From the human T2T-CHM13v2.0 reference genome, Homo sapiens: a DNA stretch of 64,000 bases. The notes under the pieces are model-generated. The model saw nothing but the letters and a program-made list of their open reading frames with translations, ran no database searches and was not told the origin of the DNA. Shown here in pieces: positions 29,064 through 44,984 of this stretch (positions are counted from its first letter, which is position 1; every line of letters starts with the position of its first letter). The stretch is from contig CP068257.2 of NCBI GenBank assembly GCA_009914755.4, forward strand, positions 36,800,001-36,864,000. Reading direction: 5' to 3'. The position numbers and the translations under genes are program-made.

Positions 29064-29668
29064 CTGAATGCCCAAAGAAACACATAATTCAAGACACTCC
29101 AACAGACAGTCATGTTTCAAAAAGTTGTTGATTTCAGAGTCCTTTCTAACTGGGACCACATTTTAGATCGTTTTTATGGTCTCCATTTCTACCTTTCAGA
29201 AGAAAAAAGTAGCTTGTTTTTCTTTCCTCGGGACAGTAAGAGTTAGAAATGCCAGCCTAGAAAAACTTTTATGCAGGTCTCGAAGCATCCCAGGCTTGAC
29301 TGTGGCAGGGCAGCAGAATATCCACTTTAATCTCAACTTAAGGAAGTTGAATTTCAAAGGTCTTAGAAGACATCCAATTGCATGTGTCACTATTTGACAA
29401 ATGCAATCTATAATTCAAGCAGACAGGGTACAGAGCGGTCATGAGGATTAAAAAAAAGAAATCTGAAGGCCAACACCTAAGCATCTGGCAAAATTGCCAC
29501 ATTCCTGGGGATTTTGCGGAAGAGGGACTTAGAGGAAGACAGAGGGATCAATGGAGCACCAAAGGGCAACCAACCAAAGATACAAACGTTTCCACTCTAA
29601 GTTATTAGCCGAAGTACAGTTTCAAGTGGTGCTTCCATGATGGTGAGCATCTGGATGATAAATGAACC

Positions 29669-29692
29669 AAAAAAAAAAAAAAAAAAAAAAAA
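29669..29692 (+). repeat. Pure A24 homopolymer not attached to any recognisable SINE or LINE, preceded by a gatgataaatgaacc motif
   Basis: ...catgatggtgagcatctggatgataaatgaacc(a)24gctgtgaag. It lies about 600 bp upstream of exon 4 and antisense to ERG. Confidence 0.8.
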
Positions 29693-32600
29693 GCTGTGAA
29701 GTATCCAGATGCTTCCAAACAGCAGGATGTTTAAAATATCTGGATCACTGACAAGCTCTTTTTTCCCCTTACTTTCAATTAATATCTTCGCTCTTTTGCA
29801 TGATTTGGTGAGAAGAAATAGCAATTTGTCATTGTTGGATCAATCATTTTTCGTGGTTTTAAGTCAAACAAGTGGTTAGCCAATGGCTATGTTTATATTC
29901 TACAGCCAATGAGCAACGGCAAGTTTGGGAAATTTCAACGACTTAAATGATGGCTTGTGCTGCAATGACACAGAGCTGTTGTGATACAATCCAATTTTGG
30001 TTCTTATAACAGACAAAAAGAATTCCACATGAATGCTCATTTTTATATTAGTCCTTTGGCATCCTCAGTATTGACATCAACTAGTGAGAAGCAAAGGCTA
30101 GTTGGGCCACACATTTTTATTTAAAAAAAAAGAAAAAGAAAAGAACTTTGGAGGCAGAGCAGGGGAGGCAGGGGAGTGTGGGCTGCGCAGACCCTTCCAG
30201 TCCAAACTTGTCATCTCCAAATGAGAAATCTGAGACCCAGAAAGGTCTAGAGCTAATCTTGAATGAGCTGGCCATGATCAACCAGGGGATTAGTGATGGG
30301 AATGACTTGTGTATTACCATCTGCCTTCTCCTTGCCCCCACAGCCCTATGATGCCCTTTGTGACATTTTTTTCCTTTGGGACATGTGTTTAAATTAGCAC
30401 CCTCTTCCCCTTCTCTGAGATGACCTTTACATAAATAAGGGTGCTTCCCATCAGTAATCACACCCTAGAAGCAGCCCTTCTGAGATGGAGAGCTTCCTCT
30501 CCACCCAGAAGGATCAGAATTTTTAGGAAACAATCACCCCCAACTCCACATCTACTCTGTCGCTCGATCCTCCACCTGTCCCAGGACCAAGTTTTTTCCT
30601 TAGCTTCCCAAGTGCACAAACTTCTTTGCCAGACACACGGCACTGAGAATCAGCAAGGAGGAAGAATCAAAACAAACTCAAACCTCTGTCTCTCAAAGTG
30701 GTGGTCAGGTGTCTGTGCTAAAGCAAAAGCCCCCATCCTGGACTCCATAAGTATCTGTAGAATTACAGCCCTGTGACACCCTGGGAAAGACTAAGCCTGC
30801 TGTCCAAACAGTAATGCAAAATGTACCAAAGAGTCAGGTAGGCCAGACAGAGAACCAGAATCAGGCACAAGGGAAAAAAGTCATCTTGAATAGACAGCAA
30901 AATCAAACTCATCAACAACCAAAAATGATACGAGGCAGTGACACAGAAGTTGACAGTACAGAAACGGCATCCTAGATGTTAGGGAACCTGAAATTCATGG
31001 CTTTCTCTTCCAGTCACAATTGAGTGGCCAAAACAAGGAATCTAAACACATAGATGTGGGTTTCAAAGTAAAATCAGCACCATAGACTTAGTCATGCTAA
31101 TTAAGACAAAAATTAGACCTTATTAAAAAATTTTTGCAAAACAGATACTCCCTTCCCATGGTGGCACTGGCTAGTGTGTTTTACAGGCTCAGAACAGGAA
31201 ACAGAGCTGATGGCTGCTGCCTCTCTCCTTCCTGGGCCTGAGACTCGACCAAGGCTCGCAGGGGAATAACACACTATGTAATGTTAGCTTTGGCTCACCC
31301 ATGATGAGAAACATGAACAAATGTGTGATTTATATCAGAAATTGGCGAAAACAGGTTATATATATAAGAAACAGGCTAAATTTAAAATTACAAACTAAAA
31401 AGGAAATGGCTGCAACAATAACAAACAAGCAATAACTTTAAAGTATTAGTATTTCTCCAAGATAAAGTAAGCTTACTTCTGCAAACAAAGCCAATAGCCA
31501 CAAAAATGTAGTGTAAGTTTGAATAATAAAAAAAAGACCAAAATATTAGAACTAAAATGAAGCTTAAGTGTGTGTTTGTAGGGGAAGGAATCCATTCTCA
31601 CATCTGGCAAAGCATTATTTCAGCACATGGTTTTCTAAAGAAAGAAATCAAAGTTAATTGAGATCGATTTAGGAAGGAAAAAACCCTCAGAAATGCTAGA
31701 GATGGGGGAGGCATGCCTCCTTTTTTTGCATCTTAAAATTCTTCTCACAGCTAATATTGCACAAAAATGAGGAAGGGAATATAATTCAGAATATTGAAAG
31801 CAACCCCTCAGTTGCTTTTGTTCATTAGAAGGGAAAAATTCTGAAAATAAGGAAGCTTCAGGATAAACACTTCAAAAGAGGTGAAATACAGTCCACATTT
31901 TGAAAAGACAGAGCAACCCAAACTATGCCCCAAAGACTTTGTTGATTGTCACTCAACAAAGGCTGCTGAACACCTAGGATGAAGTACAGCTCAGGAAAAG
32001 GAAACAAATGAATAAAGAAAATCTCTCTCACATACACATTTTGGGAGTAAGAAGAAGCTGAGGGGTTTTCACAGACCCATTCCCACAACAGCGGTCACTA
32101 AAGTTAAGTGCTGCTCTTCAGAAGCAAACCAAGGCACAGCCCTGCCACATCTTTGTCCTCCCACTTGACTTGGCTGTTGGCAGGTTTCATCATCCCTTCG
32201 GTTAAAGCTTGAATGGACACACGCTGCTGCATAGGGCCCTCCCTGCCTGGCAGCCCTGTGACTTCAAAGGGGAGAGAGGATCTAGCCCAGTAGGATTAAA
32301 ACCAGAAAAAGAGTGCTGAACACAGGCTGCTAATCAGGACCACATGAGTTCTTTAACTCCAGCTCTGGGAGAGACTTCCTGGCCTTGACTGACATGTCTC
32401 TCCTTCCCTGCAGCCTGGCTCCTCCTCTTTATAACTAGCAGATCTCACCTACCTACTTACCTGCCTGCCTACCTGCCGGCCAAGGTAGGCAGCTGCCTTA
32501 GTTAGCATGTATAGATTGTTATTGCAGAAACTCTGGCCAGCCACAAGGCTTGGGATCTGCTTCAGTGGCTTTATAACAGAGAATATTTTAAACGTCAAAA

Positions 32601-33547
32601 TCTGGCAGATATGTGGCATAATCATTTCATATGCCTGCTTCTATGTTACTATAAAAAGACCTGAACTTTAGATTGGTGTTTGCCAATGTGTGGGGTGTTT
32701 TTTTCTGTAGCTCCAGGAAAGTTGGGATATTCCCATCAGGCAAATGGCAGGCTACCAAGCTCATTTTTAAATAACTTACGAGAAACACATAATTCTAAGC
32801 AAATTACCCCCAAACAAAAGGTACTACTGTGTTAGTACTGTAGTATTGATTATTTCATTTCAATACGGAATATACCAATAACACATGAGGACCATTCCTT
32901 TGGATTTTGGTCATGGGATAACAGTTCCAGAAATGAAGGGAGGTCCCACCAGGTTATATTTCATATTATAACTCTAAAATATGCATCTATTTTCAAGTAA
33001 CTAGAGTACAAAAAAGGATCCAAAATACATTAGAACACTGAAAAAGAAAACTAACAAAGTTGAATGCATACTGACATTTTCAGCAAAGTATTTCAGGAAT
33101 CCTGATGCCTTTCTATAACAGATGAATACTTTGCAAGATGCCTATTTCTCAACCAAAGTATTAGAAAATAAAGGCCCAAAATTGATTCTAATTTGTGATC
33201 CTTATAGCTCATAAAAATATTACATTGTTAATACAGAGAATCCATCATACTTAACCTCTTTTGAAAATTTGGGAGTGGTAAAGTGTTGAAACTGAGAAAA
33301 TCTTTAAGAATGGTCAGGTGAATTTCACATCTGGAGTAAGCAAAGGCATCCATGGTCCTTTCGTGGTTTTCAAAAATTAGGAAGATGGCCAGAACTAGGC
33401 CTCTCGAGAATTGGATTATCAAACCCACCTTCAATGTTTTCAAGTCTTATATGCTATAATTATTTGATAATTATGAAAAACAAATGGAACAACTAAGTGG
33501 AACAAGAATTGTATGATCATGATCATGCTTAAAAAAAAAAAAATCTT

Positions 33548-33896
<349 letters not shown>

Positions 33897-35671
33897 TCAT
33901 TCACTTAGGAAGCCAGCATCATCTTCAATCAATAGCCTACTTTTTCTGTCAGTTTTAATCCCATTACAATCCAATACAAAACCCTTCCTTAAATTTCCCT
34001 CACATATAACCACGCAGAATTTGGTACATCACTTAACTCCCTATATTGCCATCTTTTAACCACTTTCATAAATAGCTTATCCACCAAATAAACCAGGTTA
34101 CCTTAAGCACTTTCATGCAATATCCTCTTAAATTCTATTTTGTTGATTACAAGATACACCACTTTTCACATTTTATCAGCTCTGAAATATGAAAATGAAA
34201 GGCTTATCCTAGGTATCAGGCAGCATTTCTTCTTCTCTGATGGCAGATAAAATAATGGGACATTTTATATCCAATGACATCTTACATTTTATGAAAAATG
34301 ATCATTTAATCCTTACAATTGTCCTATAAGGTCAGCTGTGATTCTTGCCCACCCATCAGAAAGTGCGATTAGAGAAGTAACATCAACAGTGAGGATGAGG
34401 CAGAAACAGGGTTTGTGTCTCTGAATGGAATCATTCCCCAAGGCTGTAGACTGGCCACTACCTGGCTGTTACTGGAAGGAAGAAGTTGGATTAAGAAAAG
34501 TCACACGGTGGAGTGTTTTGGTGCCTGCTCTTGCCATGAGAGATGGAATCACCTAGAGAGAGACAGAGAGAGAGAGGCTGGTAGAGGGAAGAGACAGAAG
34601 AAAGATGAAGGGATAAGTGTCCAGAATCCCTGGATCTGGGATGGAATAAAGGATCTGGATGGTAAACGGAGAGTGCTGGGAACCAGTAAGGACTTCTCTA
34701 GGTATACCATGCTCTTCTATGAGCCTAGGGGATGTGTAGCAATGGGCCCTGCATACAGTTAATCATTTCTTTTGCAATGGCTTAAATCAACAACCTTGTT
34801 CTTTTCTTTGATTAATCAGATTATTCAGACACAAAGACATGGCCAGGTGTTGGGATGTGTTCACTGCAGGTGGATGCCTGCCTTCTCTTAATGAGTACTA
34901 TGCAGGAAAACTAGGACAGGTAGGAGTACCATTTATAAATATGCTGGAGCCTATGCCACTTTGGGCGGCCTTTAGTGGATGTCTGCAGACCTAAGGATAT
35001 TGGAAATCTATCTATTAGGCTGTCGCAGGCTCTATTGTTTATAGTTTCTCTTCAAGGCAGCACATATGCAGTAGATGCTTCTAAAAGGTCTAGTATCTAA
35101 TTGTATTTGGAGGAGGAAAAAACAACACAAACAAAATAGACAATGCACTTAGAGAAAGCTCTGCTCTCCCACCATAAGCCTGACAAAGATACTCCAGTCC
35201 TTCAGGAGTTTTTATTCTAAATGTGTGCACTTTTGCAATTCTGATGCCACCAGTATCTCATTAAACAAGAATCTTCATCTGACCAGTGTGTCTTTTATTT
35301 ACAACACACAAAAAAGCGAAACGTGGTAAGTGAAAGAAGCTTCACAAAGCTGGGTATGATCATTTTTGCCCCTTCTTGATATGATTTTCTTTTCTTCTTA
35401 ATTCTTCAGAGAAGGAAGTATTAACATCGTATATTAAATGCAGCATCTAGCTTTGTGTTCACGTTTTTCTAATTTAACACATTGCAATTTTAGTCCTTCA
35501 AAACTATAAAAAAAATCTTGGATTAACCTCAAAGGAAAAATGTATGTAGGCAAATGAAGTCCATCTAAAGAGAGTATTTCTCCAATATGGTATCACTTCA
35601 GTGTCAAATAATTTCACCACTCACAACACTAGTCCAGTGCTAAGAAATGAGACCCAGAACTAGTGTCCAGA

Positions 35672-35945
35672 TACATTTGCACATACATATATACAAACAC
35701 ATACACATGCTTACATATGTACACATATACATGTGTGCATGCATGCAAATACATACATGCGCAAATACATATATACACACACACACATATATACAGATAC
35801 GCACATGCATATACACAAATACATATATAAGTGTATGCATATATGCAAATAGATACCTACAGAAATACATGCAGATATACAATACATAATGTATATACAA
35901 AAATATCATACGTATGTATACATATTACTAAATACATACTAAGAT
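35672..35945. repeat. Low-complexity (CATA)/(CA)/(TA)-rich simple repeat
   Basis: acatacatatatacaaacacatacacatgcttacatatgtacacatatacatgtgtgcatgcatgcaaatacatacatgc... Confidence 0.85.
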
Positions 35946-37037
35946 AATAAGGAGAGATGAAAATCTTTATCCTTATTATCTTTATTAATAGAACGCTTTA
36001 GAGGACTTTCAGATATTCTTTATCTTTAATCATATCCACTAGGGCAAATGTTGCCTAAAAGATACAGAGAACCTGGCTTCTTCCCATTTCACCTCTGCTC
36101 CTTCCTCTCTCATCCTAGAAGGTGCTTTTCCCTATGCTCAGCACATCCCTTCAGAACAGACTTAGCTGGGGATCCATCCCCTCCATGTCCTTCAGCCAAT
36201 TTTCCCGGCTCTGGACTCACAGACTTTCTCAGGGCTCTGAGAAGGCCTGGCTGGTGCCAGCAATTCTCTTTGCCCACATACTTCTCCCCTGGCCTTGCCT
36301 TTATTCAAATATAAGCATTTTCAGGGCTGGCTCCTCTGTATGTCTGCCTCTAGAAATAAGATAATTTCTTAACCTCAAATGCTTGTTGGTGTTCATATTA
36401 GCCCTAGGACTAAGACATCAGGTGATATTACAGCCCCATCATAATGCTATAAATGGGATCCACAAACTTCTATTACATCCAAATGAAGAGACGTGTTTTT
36501 GTGAGATGAATGGATTGTGTAGCCAATGCCCAGGAGTTCCAGGGAGTTTGGAAAATAATTGCCATTGGCAATATGTCTGCAGTCATACTACCAAAGAGCG
36601 TATTATTGCAGAGTTTCACCTTCAATCCACATAGGCTTAAATAGGGACTTCCTATAGCTAAGCAACCTATGAACAAAATAAGACTTACTGGAAAATGAAC
36701 GTTTGCAAAAGAAGGAGGGAGCATTCAATCTGGAAAGCAGAAACTCTAGAAATATTGTGAAAGATTGGAGCATGGTAGAAAAATGTTAAAGAAAGAATAG
36801 TTATGTCCACATAATGAAAATTAGATTTAAATGAGCCTTGGGAGATCAAGAATGTCAACCAACATCATTTTAAAACAACTCTGTTTTCTCAGTGCCATGC
36901 AGAATAAACCTCGAATGCATTTGAAAGGACAATGAACTGGGACTCTTTGCCCTGGCAAATGCCATTTAACTGTTTAAGAAACAACATGCCTGTGATGTGA
37001 ATAGCTTCTTATTTTCTTCTTTAAAGAATCGCTTTTT

Positions 37038-37350
<313 letters not shown>

Positions 37351-37785
37351 TCACTTTTTCTTCCCAGTAGGCTTCTTTCCTTCTTTGGAGATGAGCAAAA
37401 AGTATAAAAACATCTGTGGAAACCTCCTGTTTGTATGTTTTACATTGGAATGGGTGCAAAAAATACACTCACTATTCCTTTACATCCTTCTAAGAGGGCT
37501 GTTTCTACTCTTGACACTCAATACTTGTTTTTGTTTCTCTAATCACTGTCATACGTTACTCACGAATATTCAACAAAACCCTTTTCCTTATTTTTTATCT
37601 AGTTTTAAATAATTCATTTGAGATAAAAAGAAGTTTTTCTTTGCTTTTTTTAATCACTCAGCGGAGGATGAACATGAAGCTGTACCAATGGATAGGAGAC
37701 CATCTGGTAGAGCACGGGAGCCAGGGATAGGGATCTGAAGATGGAAGATGTGAGTTTCAAGCTGGGCTCTGCCCTTGCTCTGGGA

Positions 37786-37925
37786 ATCACCTGGGTAAAT
37801 CCTTTAACCCTTTCCTGCCCCAAGTGTGAGCTGAGAGCTTGCCAGAAATGCAGATTCCGAGTCTCCAGCCCTGCTGAGTCAGAATCTGCTTTGTAACAAC
37901 TTCCCCAGGTGAGCTGGGTGCCTGC
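37786..37925 (+). mobile_element. MER5-type DNA transposon fragment
   Basis: aatcacctgggtaaatcctttaaccc...ccagaaatgcagattccgagtctccagccctgctgagtcagaatctgctttgtaacaacttccccaggtgagc. Confidence 0.45.
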
Positions 37926-38532
37926 TCACTTCAACAAGTGCTGCATTATCCTTTTTGACTCTCAATTTCTTCAACTATAAAGGTGGTACTGATGGCAACC
38001 AGCTGCCGAGCAGCTCTCTCCCAGGACAGTTAAATGGGCCAAATAATCTAGTGTGTGTAACAGGTTTCATAAATCTTAATATTGTATTTAAATTATCATA
38101 TGATAGAAGGGTGATGTGACTGACTCCAAACCTCTGCATGTGAACCATCAGAATTATCCATTCTAGTCATATTATTCTAACAAGCCAGATGCAAGGAAAA
38201 TCACAGTCTCTTGTGTGCAAATTATCACTTATTTTTTGTAAGTACTGGATTTTCAAACCAAGTATCTACCTAACAGAGGGGAAGGGAGATCTAGCATCTT
38301 TTACTTCAAGAGCACGTCTGTCACTTTGATTTATAGCCTTTTTGGTCCCTGGTCCAGTTCTTTTGTGGGTTTTCCATTCAAATTCTACATTAGTTTGTTT
38401 AATGTCAATTAAATCAAAGCTTTGTGCAGGAAGGAATGAATCCTGGTACACTCCCCAGCGTGCTGTTGGTATTCTCTACATAACAAGATAATAAATTAAT
38501 AGATATACCATGGTCTTATAACATAATGTTCT

Positions 38533-38567
38533 TTTTCTTTCTTTCTTTCTTTCTTTTTTTTTTTTTA
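38533..38567. repeat. (CTTT)n/poly-T microsatellite
   Basis: ctttttctttctttctttctttctttttttttttttt. Confidence 0.9.
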
Positions 38568-40589
38568 CCTAGAATAGCACAAGGCACAAAGTTGATAGCC
38601 CTCAAACTTCTGAAGAAAAGTCTTTTCTTCCAGGATGTGGAATCCATAATGCTTTCTATGTTAACTTTCCCTAAAAATTGTTGAATTTTTCATAAACTTC
38701 TATGAGGAAGTGTTTCCATGGCAGTCTGGCTAAGAGGTTCACACCATCATTCTGTCCTGGTGATTTTTGAAACTTACAAGCCCAGGTTGAAACTCAGGTG
38801 ATTCAAGGCTTGAGAAACACAAAGGCCAAGCTCAAGGAGTAGCAAAGTTGCTTGCACTTTTTTTCTATTGGCATGGTCCTTCTCTGAACACCAGGGAAGG
38901 GGTGGTGCACCACCTCTCTCCTCTTCAGAAGGAGCTCCGTGAAAAATCGGCAGTTTTATGCTTGGCCCTTTCAAAACACACAAAGGCTAAAAATACAGTG
39001 TGCTACGCATCTGGAATGTGTCTCATCTGTGAATCTCTGACACATGGATTCATTGTTTTCGATAAAATTCCAGGAATTTTATTCATGAGAAAATTCTGGC
39101 ACAATGGAAAACCCTGGCAAGCAAAAGATAGGGGCAGCAGATGTCCTGGCCTCCACCCACAACTCTGTCTCTGCTTTTAGCTAATTTTCATCAGGTGTCA
39201 CTCTCATGCCTTCAAACACTCAATTCAAAATTTCCCATAAGACGGGGGTGAGGGGGTGGGGGTGTCAAAACAGCCTTAATTTTTTAAATAATTGGTACGG
39301 TCCCCCCCCTCCCCACAGACAGGTGTGTCACACCAGGTTCAACATGCACGTGCCAGGATGCAGGATGGGCACTTTAAGAAGAAGCCGCAAGACCACAGGG
39401 CCACTGGCCATGGGGCTCCACCACTCCGTGCCCCTCATGTACCAAGTCTTCAAGCTCCTCGTCTAAAATGAGGGTCTGGTCTACTGATGTTTTCTAAGAC
39501 TCCATTTTGCACCAAAATGAGATCGATTTGTTTAACTAGTAACATCCTCTTTCAGCCATAGCCAGGCTGCAGTCTCTACCTCCTCCATCTCTGAGCAGAC
39601 ATGCAGATAAGGTAGAAATCTACCATGTATGGAGTTGCTAAAAAGTTCCTATGCATCCAGGTTAGATGCTAACTGCAGGGTCTTTCCCTGCTGCCCCCAG
39701 ACTTTAATTTTCCTCAATCTTGTAGGTATCTCCTTCTGTGCTAATGGTAAGAAGCTAGTCAGCACCCTGAGAGCTAGTGTTATGTTTTTAAGTGTGGAAA
39801 GGATCTACTCTCTTGCATGGGAATATGGCATCTGTTCTACACATAAAGCACTTCAATAATAATAATAAATAAAAAAATTTAAAAAATAAAAAACACATGG
39901 CAACATGGTAATACCAACAGAAAGTCTTGTAGAAACTGGGGTTCTGGCAGACAGAGGAGCACATGAATAAGTCTCCACTATTCACATGATGGTCCAGGGG
40001 TCTCCTTCTTTTGCTTTCTATCCCCATCCCCAGATCATTGTTGGCATGGGCCACACACTGTATAACGCAGACATGAACACAGACGTTTTCTTTTTCTTAG
40101 ACGCTGACTTACGTAGAAAGAGTTAGTCTTCACCCACTGTGAGGGTCCAATCCCTGCCAAGGTCTTTCTTCAGCTTGGTAAGTGATGATGTCTGACTCCC
40201 TGGGGCTGGGATGCTAAGCCTGTGCTTTTCAGAAGATTTTTCCAGCACATAAATATATCCTGGTTGCTGCATGGAAAGGGGACTAAGTAGCCAGGTCATC
40301 AGAGCCCTTTGCTAATGTTATACGCTGAGCTCATGCTTTTCCTATGACATAGATGGGCACTGGGTAGACCCCGTCCTGGTAACACTTTTCATGCACTAAC
40401 AAGTTGGTTGCCAGTGAGACTTGATTTTTATGACTCTGGGAGTGCTGACCTCAAAACCTAATACATTTGAACTAGGAGAGCAATCCCTCCAACAATTTCA
40501 AACTACACATACTTACATCACATCCAATAGGGCTCTTTTGCCATCTGGCTTGAGCCCCTCTATAAATATGTCTACTTTGAAAGTCACAA

Positions 40590-40885
40590 GCCTGGGCGGG
40601 GTGGCTCACACCTGTAATCCCAGCACTTTGGGAGGTGGAGGCAGGCAGACCACGAGGTCAGGAGATGGAAAACATCCTGGCTAACATGGTGAAACCCCAT
40701 CTCTACTAAAAATACAAAAAATTAGCTGGGCGTGGTGGCACATGCCTGTAGTCCCAGCTACTCAGGAGGCTGAGGCAGGAGAATCGCTTGAACCTGGGGG
40801 ACAGAGGTTGCAGTGAGCCGAGATCATGCCACTGCACTCTGGCCTGGGCGAAAGAGCAAGACTCTGTCTCAAAAAAAAAAAAAAA
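40590..40885 (+). mobile_element. Alu SINE
   Basis: Starts gcctgggcggggtggctcacacctgtaatcc and has an A15 tail. The target-site duplication is aagtcacaa. Confidence 0.9.
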
Positions 40886-41422
40886 GTCACAAATACTCTT
40901 TAAAAGTGTGCAGAGTCATTCATATCCAAACCATCAAGGCCTGCCCAACAGCCTGGTGACTTGAAATCTTGACGTGTACACAGAGTCTAAACCTCGGTCT
41001 TTAGATTGCCTCCTTACTGGACCTCTTTACTTATTAAGATTCATCCTTGTGGAGGAAGTGAGGTCATGGATGTTCACATCTATCTTTCCCAGGAAGAAAA
41101 GGAAGCTTCAAGAGCTGGGAAATGCTATGCACCACTGTGCAGGTTCTGAGCAGCACAGAGCCACCTGTGGGGTGGGCGGGTAGGTGAGTAGTGGACATCT
41201 GACCACCAGGCGCTGTGCAGGACTACCTCCTTGCAGAGCAGGTGGGGCCTTCCAAGTTGCCTACTCATCCAACCTGCACAGTAAGCCTTATGGGAGCGTC
41301 ATGGGGCTACGCCTACTTCAAAGAGCAACTTAGCTAAAGGGAAAGAGAATTTGCACTTGCTCTCTTCCACTCTAGCAGACTTGCACTTGTCGCTATTTAT
41401 TTGTGAACACAGACTCATTTTA

Positions 41423-41931
<509 letters not shown>

Positions 41932-44900
41932 TCAGGCAGAATTTTTATTAATGAATCTGATGCCAATTCAGTATTTCTGCAATCACAATGCACTTTCGCA
42001 ATATTTATCCAAGCAATATTTATCCAACAAAAATATCCAATATTTATTTATCCAGGATCTCGCAAACGTTCAGTCTAGTTTCACTCACGTCAGTGTCTCT
42101 AACCTTCATACTTTGCTTTCAAGCAAGAGTCGTGTGTTGGTCTGGGTGTCCGAAGGTGGGGGTGGTAGCTGGTGATGCAAGGAACCAAAAATTGGCCATA
42201 CTTACTTACTTAAATATTTCACAGCTCTTTAACAGATTCTCATCTCCTGCTCTCTTCTCTTCTCCAACCTTGCCGTCTGGTTCTGACACTGTCCTGCCAC
42301 GATTAGGAGTGAGCTTTTTGGGGTTCCCTCAAACATTCACTCCCAGCTGGTCTCTTTGTTACCTACTCAAGAGCAGTTCATACTGTTGGCCACTCTCCCC
42401 TTTTTTAACCCTCTTTTCTTTGGCTTCCATATTCCTGCTATTCCTCCTATTTGGTTGACAATTCCATCCCCCATCTCTTTATGCCCTCCTTTTTCTCTCC
42501 TCATTCTCTAAATGTCAGCTTTCCTCTGTGCACTCTCCTGGGCCACTTCTCTACTAGGCTATCATTTCTTCCAAGCCATCACTCAGGAGCCACTCCAATG
42601 GCCTCAGCGCTGCCAGGAAGCGCAGCGCATTTAATTTGAAGGGTGAAACTGCCTTGGAGGGATGGCAGGTGCATGCTTAATAACTTGTTTCCCAAGGCCA
42701 CATAAGTGTCATTACTGGATGATAATTATCAGCTCAAGAGGGAAAGTTCTAAGACAGAGAATGCAAGATTTCTAAACAGGTCTAAGACAGTTTTCCAATG
42801 TAAGATTTATTATGTAACAGTTTTGAAAGTAGTGTCTGATTCCCTGTCTATATCCTCCAGAACAATCTGAGGGCATGGTTGCCATTACAATTTACTTTGG
42901 GGGACGATTTTATAGCACGTCTTCACAGACAACACGACAAACATCTTTGCTTCTGCTACACTGACAACCTGAAGTTAACATTTCTGTACCTATGTAGCCA
43001 TTTTAATCACCCCCTAAACTGGTTATTCCACAGCCCAGGGGTGTGGGACTGAGTCAGATGGGCTAGAGATACCTTTATTCAGAGGATTTAGAAGTTTGCC
43101 TCAGAGAAAGGCCATTTCTAGTCTCCACTAGAAATCACACATATCTTCCAGGAATAAGAATATTCTCTTACTCATAAGTTCAACAAATATGTACTGAACA
43201 CCTTTTCTACTTAGAAACTTGTCTAGCTGCTTCTAGATTACATCCATGACCCAAAACCACAAAGACACCTATCTGCATAAGGCTTGTATTCTAGCACTAC
43301 AAGCCACAGATAATTTTTGAAAATCAATTAATCAACCAATAATTGATAGGGTAAATTTATAACCTTGTTTTTCAAGCCTGATCTCAGGGTTAGAAGGTGG
43401 TAAGTGATAAGTATGAAGAAACAGAAGGCAGAACTAGAGACTCAGGAAAAGAGAGGTAAACTGCTGCTTTTCATTTAGAGTGGCCAGGGTGGTCCTGAGA
43501 AAACGCGAAGGAGGGGAGGGTGTGAGCCCCCATGCATTCATGAAGAATAGGCCTTCCAGCCTTGGCAACAGCTAGAACAAGGCCAGAGTGGACTGCGGGG
43601 GCTGCACGAGGAACAATGGGACCAAGAACAGCCAGGGAGGAGGGGTTACTGGAAAGGAGCGAAAGAAAGAACCAGGAGGTGAACCAGGAAAGGCTGGGGG
43701 TGGTAGAGCCTTGCAGGCCATGGCAGGAACCTGGGTGTTGACTCAGAGAGAAGTGGAGTCTCTCTAGCCGTCTTGGCTAAAAGCCCGGGAATTGTCTTCT
43801 TCTGTGTTGCACTAATATTTTCCATCTCATAAGGGTTCTGCAAAGAAAATTCTTTCTATCTTTAAAGTTTTATTATTTTCAAAACTAAATGTGATGAGAA
43901 TGCATATATTGCATATGCCATGTGTACACCAAAAGCCACACCTAATAAAATGTTACAGCCATCCTTTGTCCCACATGCAACGGGAACTTCCATTCATCAT
44001 CACATGCAGAAACTCTGGGAACTGAGAATCTGTACTTTTCATTCAGAGTCTGCAAGGGGTCACGGCCATTTTGAAAGGCTTTGACTCACACAGGAAATAC
44101 CTCACTGAGGCTCCCACCCACCCATCCACTAATAGGGCAGCCTTTAGGGAAACTGACTTGTGGCAACTGAAAGGAATAACGGCACCAAAGTATTCCCCTG
44201 CCCTGAAATCTCTGTTTACCTGTGGACCGGTGATGGGTGTGAGGCTGTAGGTTTTAACGAGCTCTGAATGGCAAATGGCAGACAATGGTGTCACTTCCTT
44301 TCTGCTTAGGAAGGAGACGTTTGGAAAAACTGTTCACTGCTGTGCTTGCCTATGGAGAACCTGGATTCCCAGAGCTCTATCTGGTAGAACGTGTCTCCAT
44401 ATTAATAAGCAGTGAATCCTCTTTTGCGGCTGAATTTTCCTCAAGGAAGCAGCATGGGCCTTATTACTGCCTTAAAACCCAATTTCAATATTCGATACAT
44501 AGTCTGTGTATTCATTTGCTAGGGTTGCCAAGACAATGTACCACGGACTGAGGGGCTTAAGCAACAGACATTTATTCTCTCATGGCTCTGGAAGCTGGAA
44601 GTCAGAGAGCAAAGTAGCAGCGGGGTTGATTCCTCCTGAGGACTCCCTCCTTAGCTTGTGGATGGTCATCTTCTCCCTGTCTCTTCATATCATCCTCCCT
44701 CTATGCATGCCTGTTTCTGAGTCCAAATTACCTCTTTTTATAAGGACATCAGTCCCACTGAATTAAGGACCACCCTAAGGGCCTCATTTTAATTGGATTA
44801 CCTCTGTAAAGGCCCTACCTCCAAATAAGGTCCCACTCTGAGGTCCTGGGGGTTAGGACTTCAACATAACTCAGGGAACACTATTCAACCCATACCATCC

Positions 44901-44984
44901 TCCAGGAAGGCAGAGAATGTGTCCCTCTTCTTCACTGCTGTATCTCCCTGCCTAGCACAGTGCCAGGTACCACACTATGCTCTG

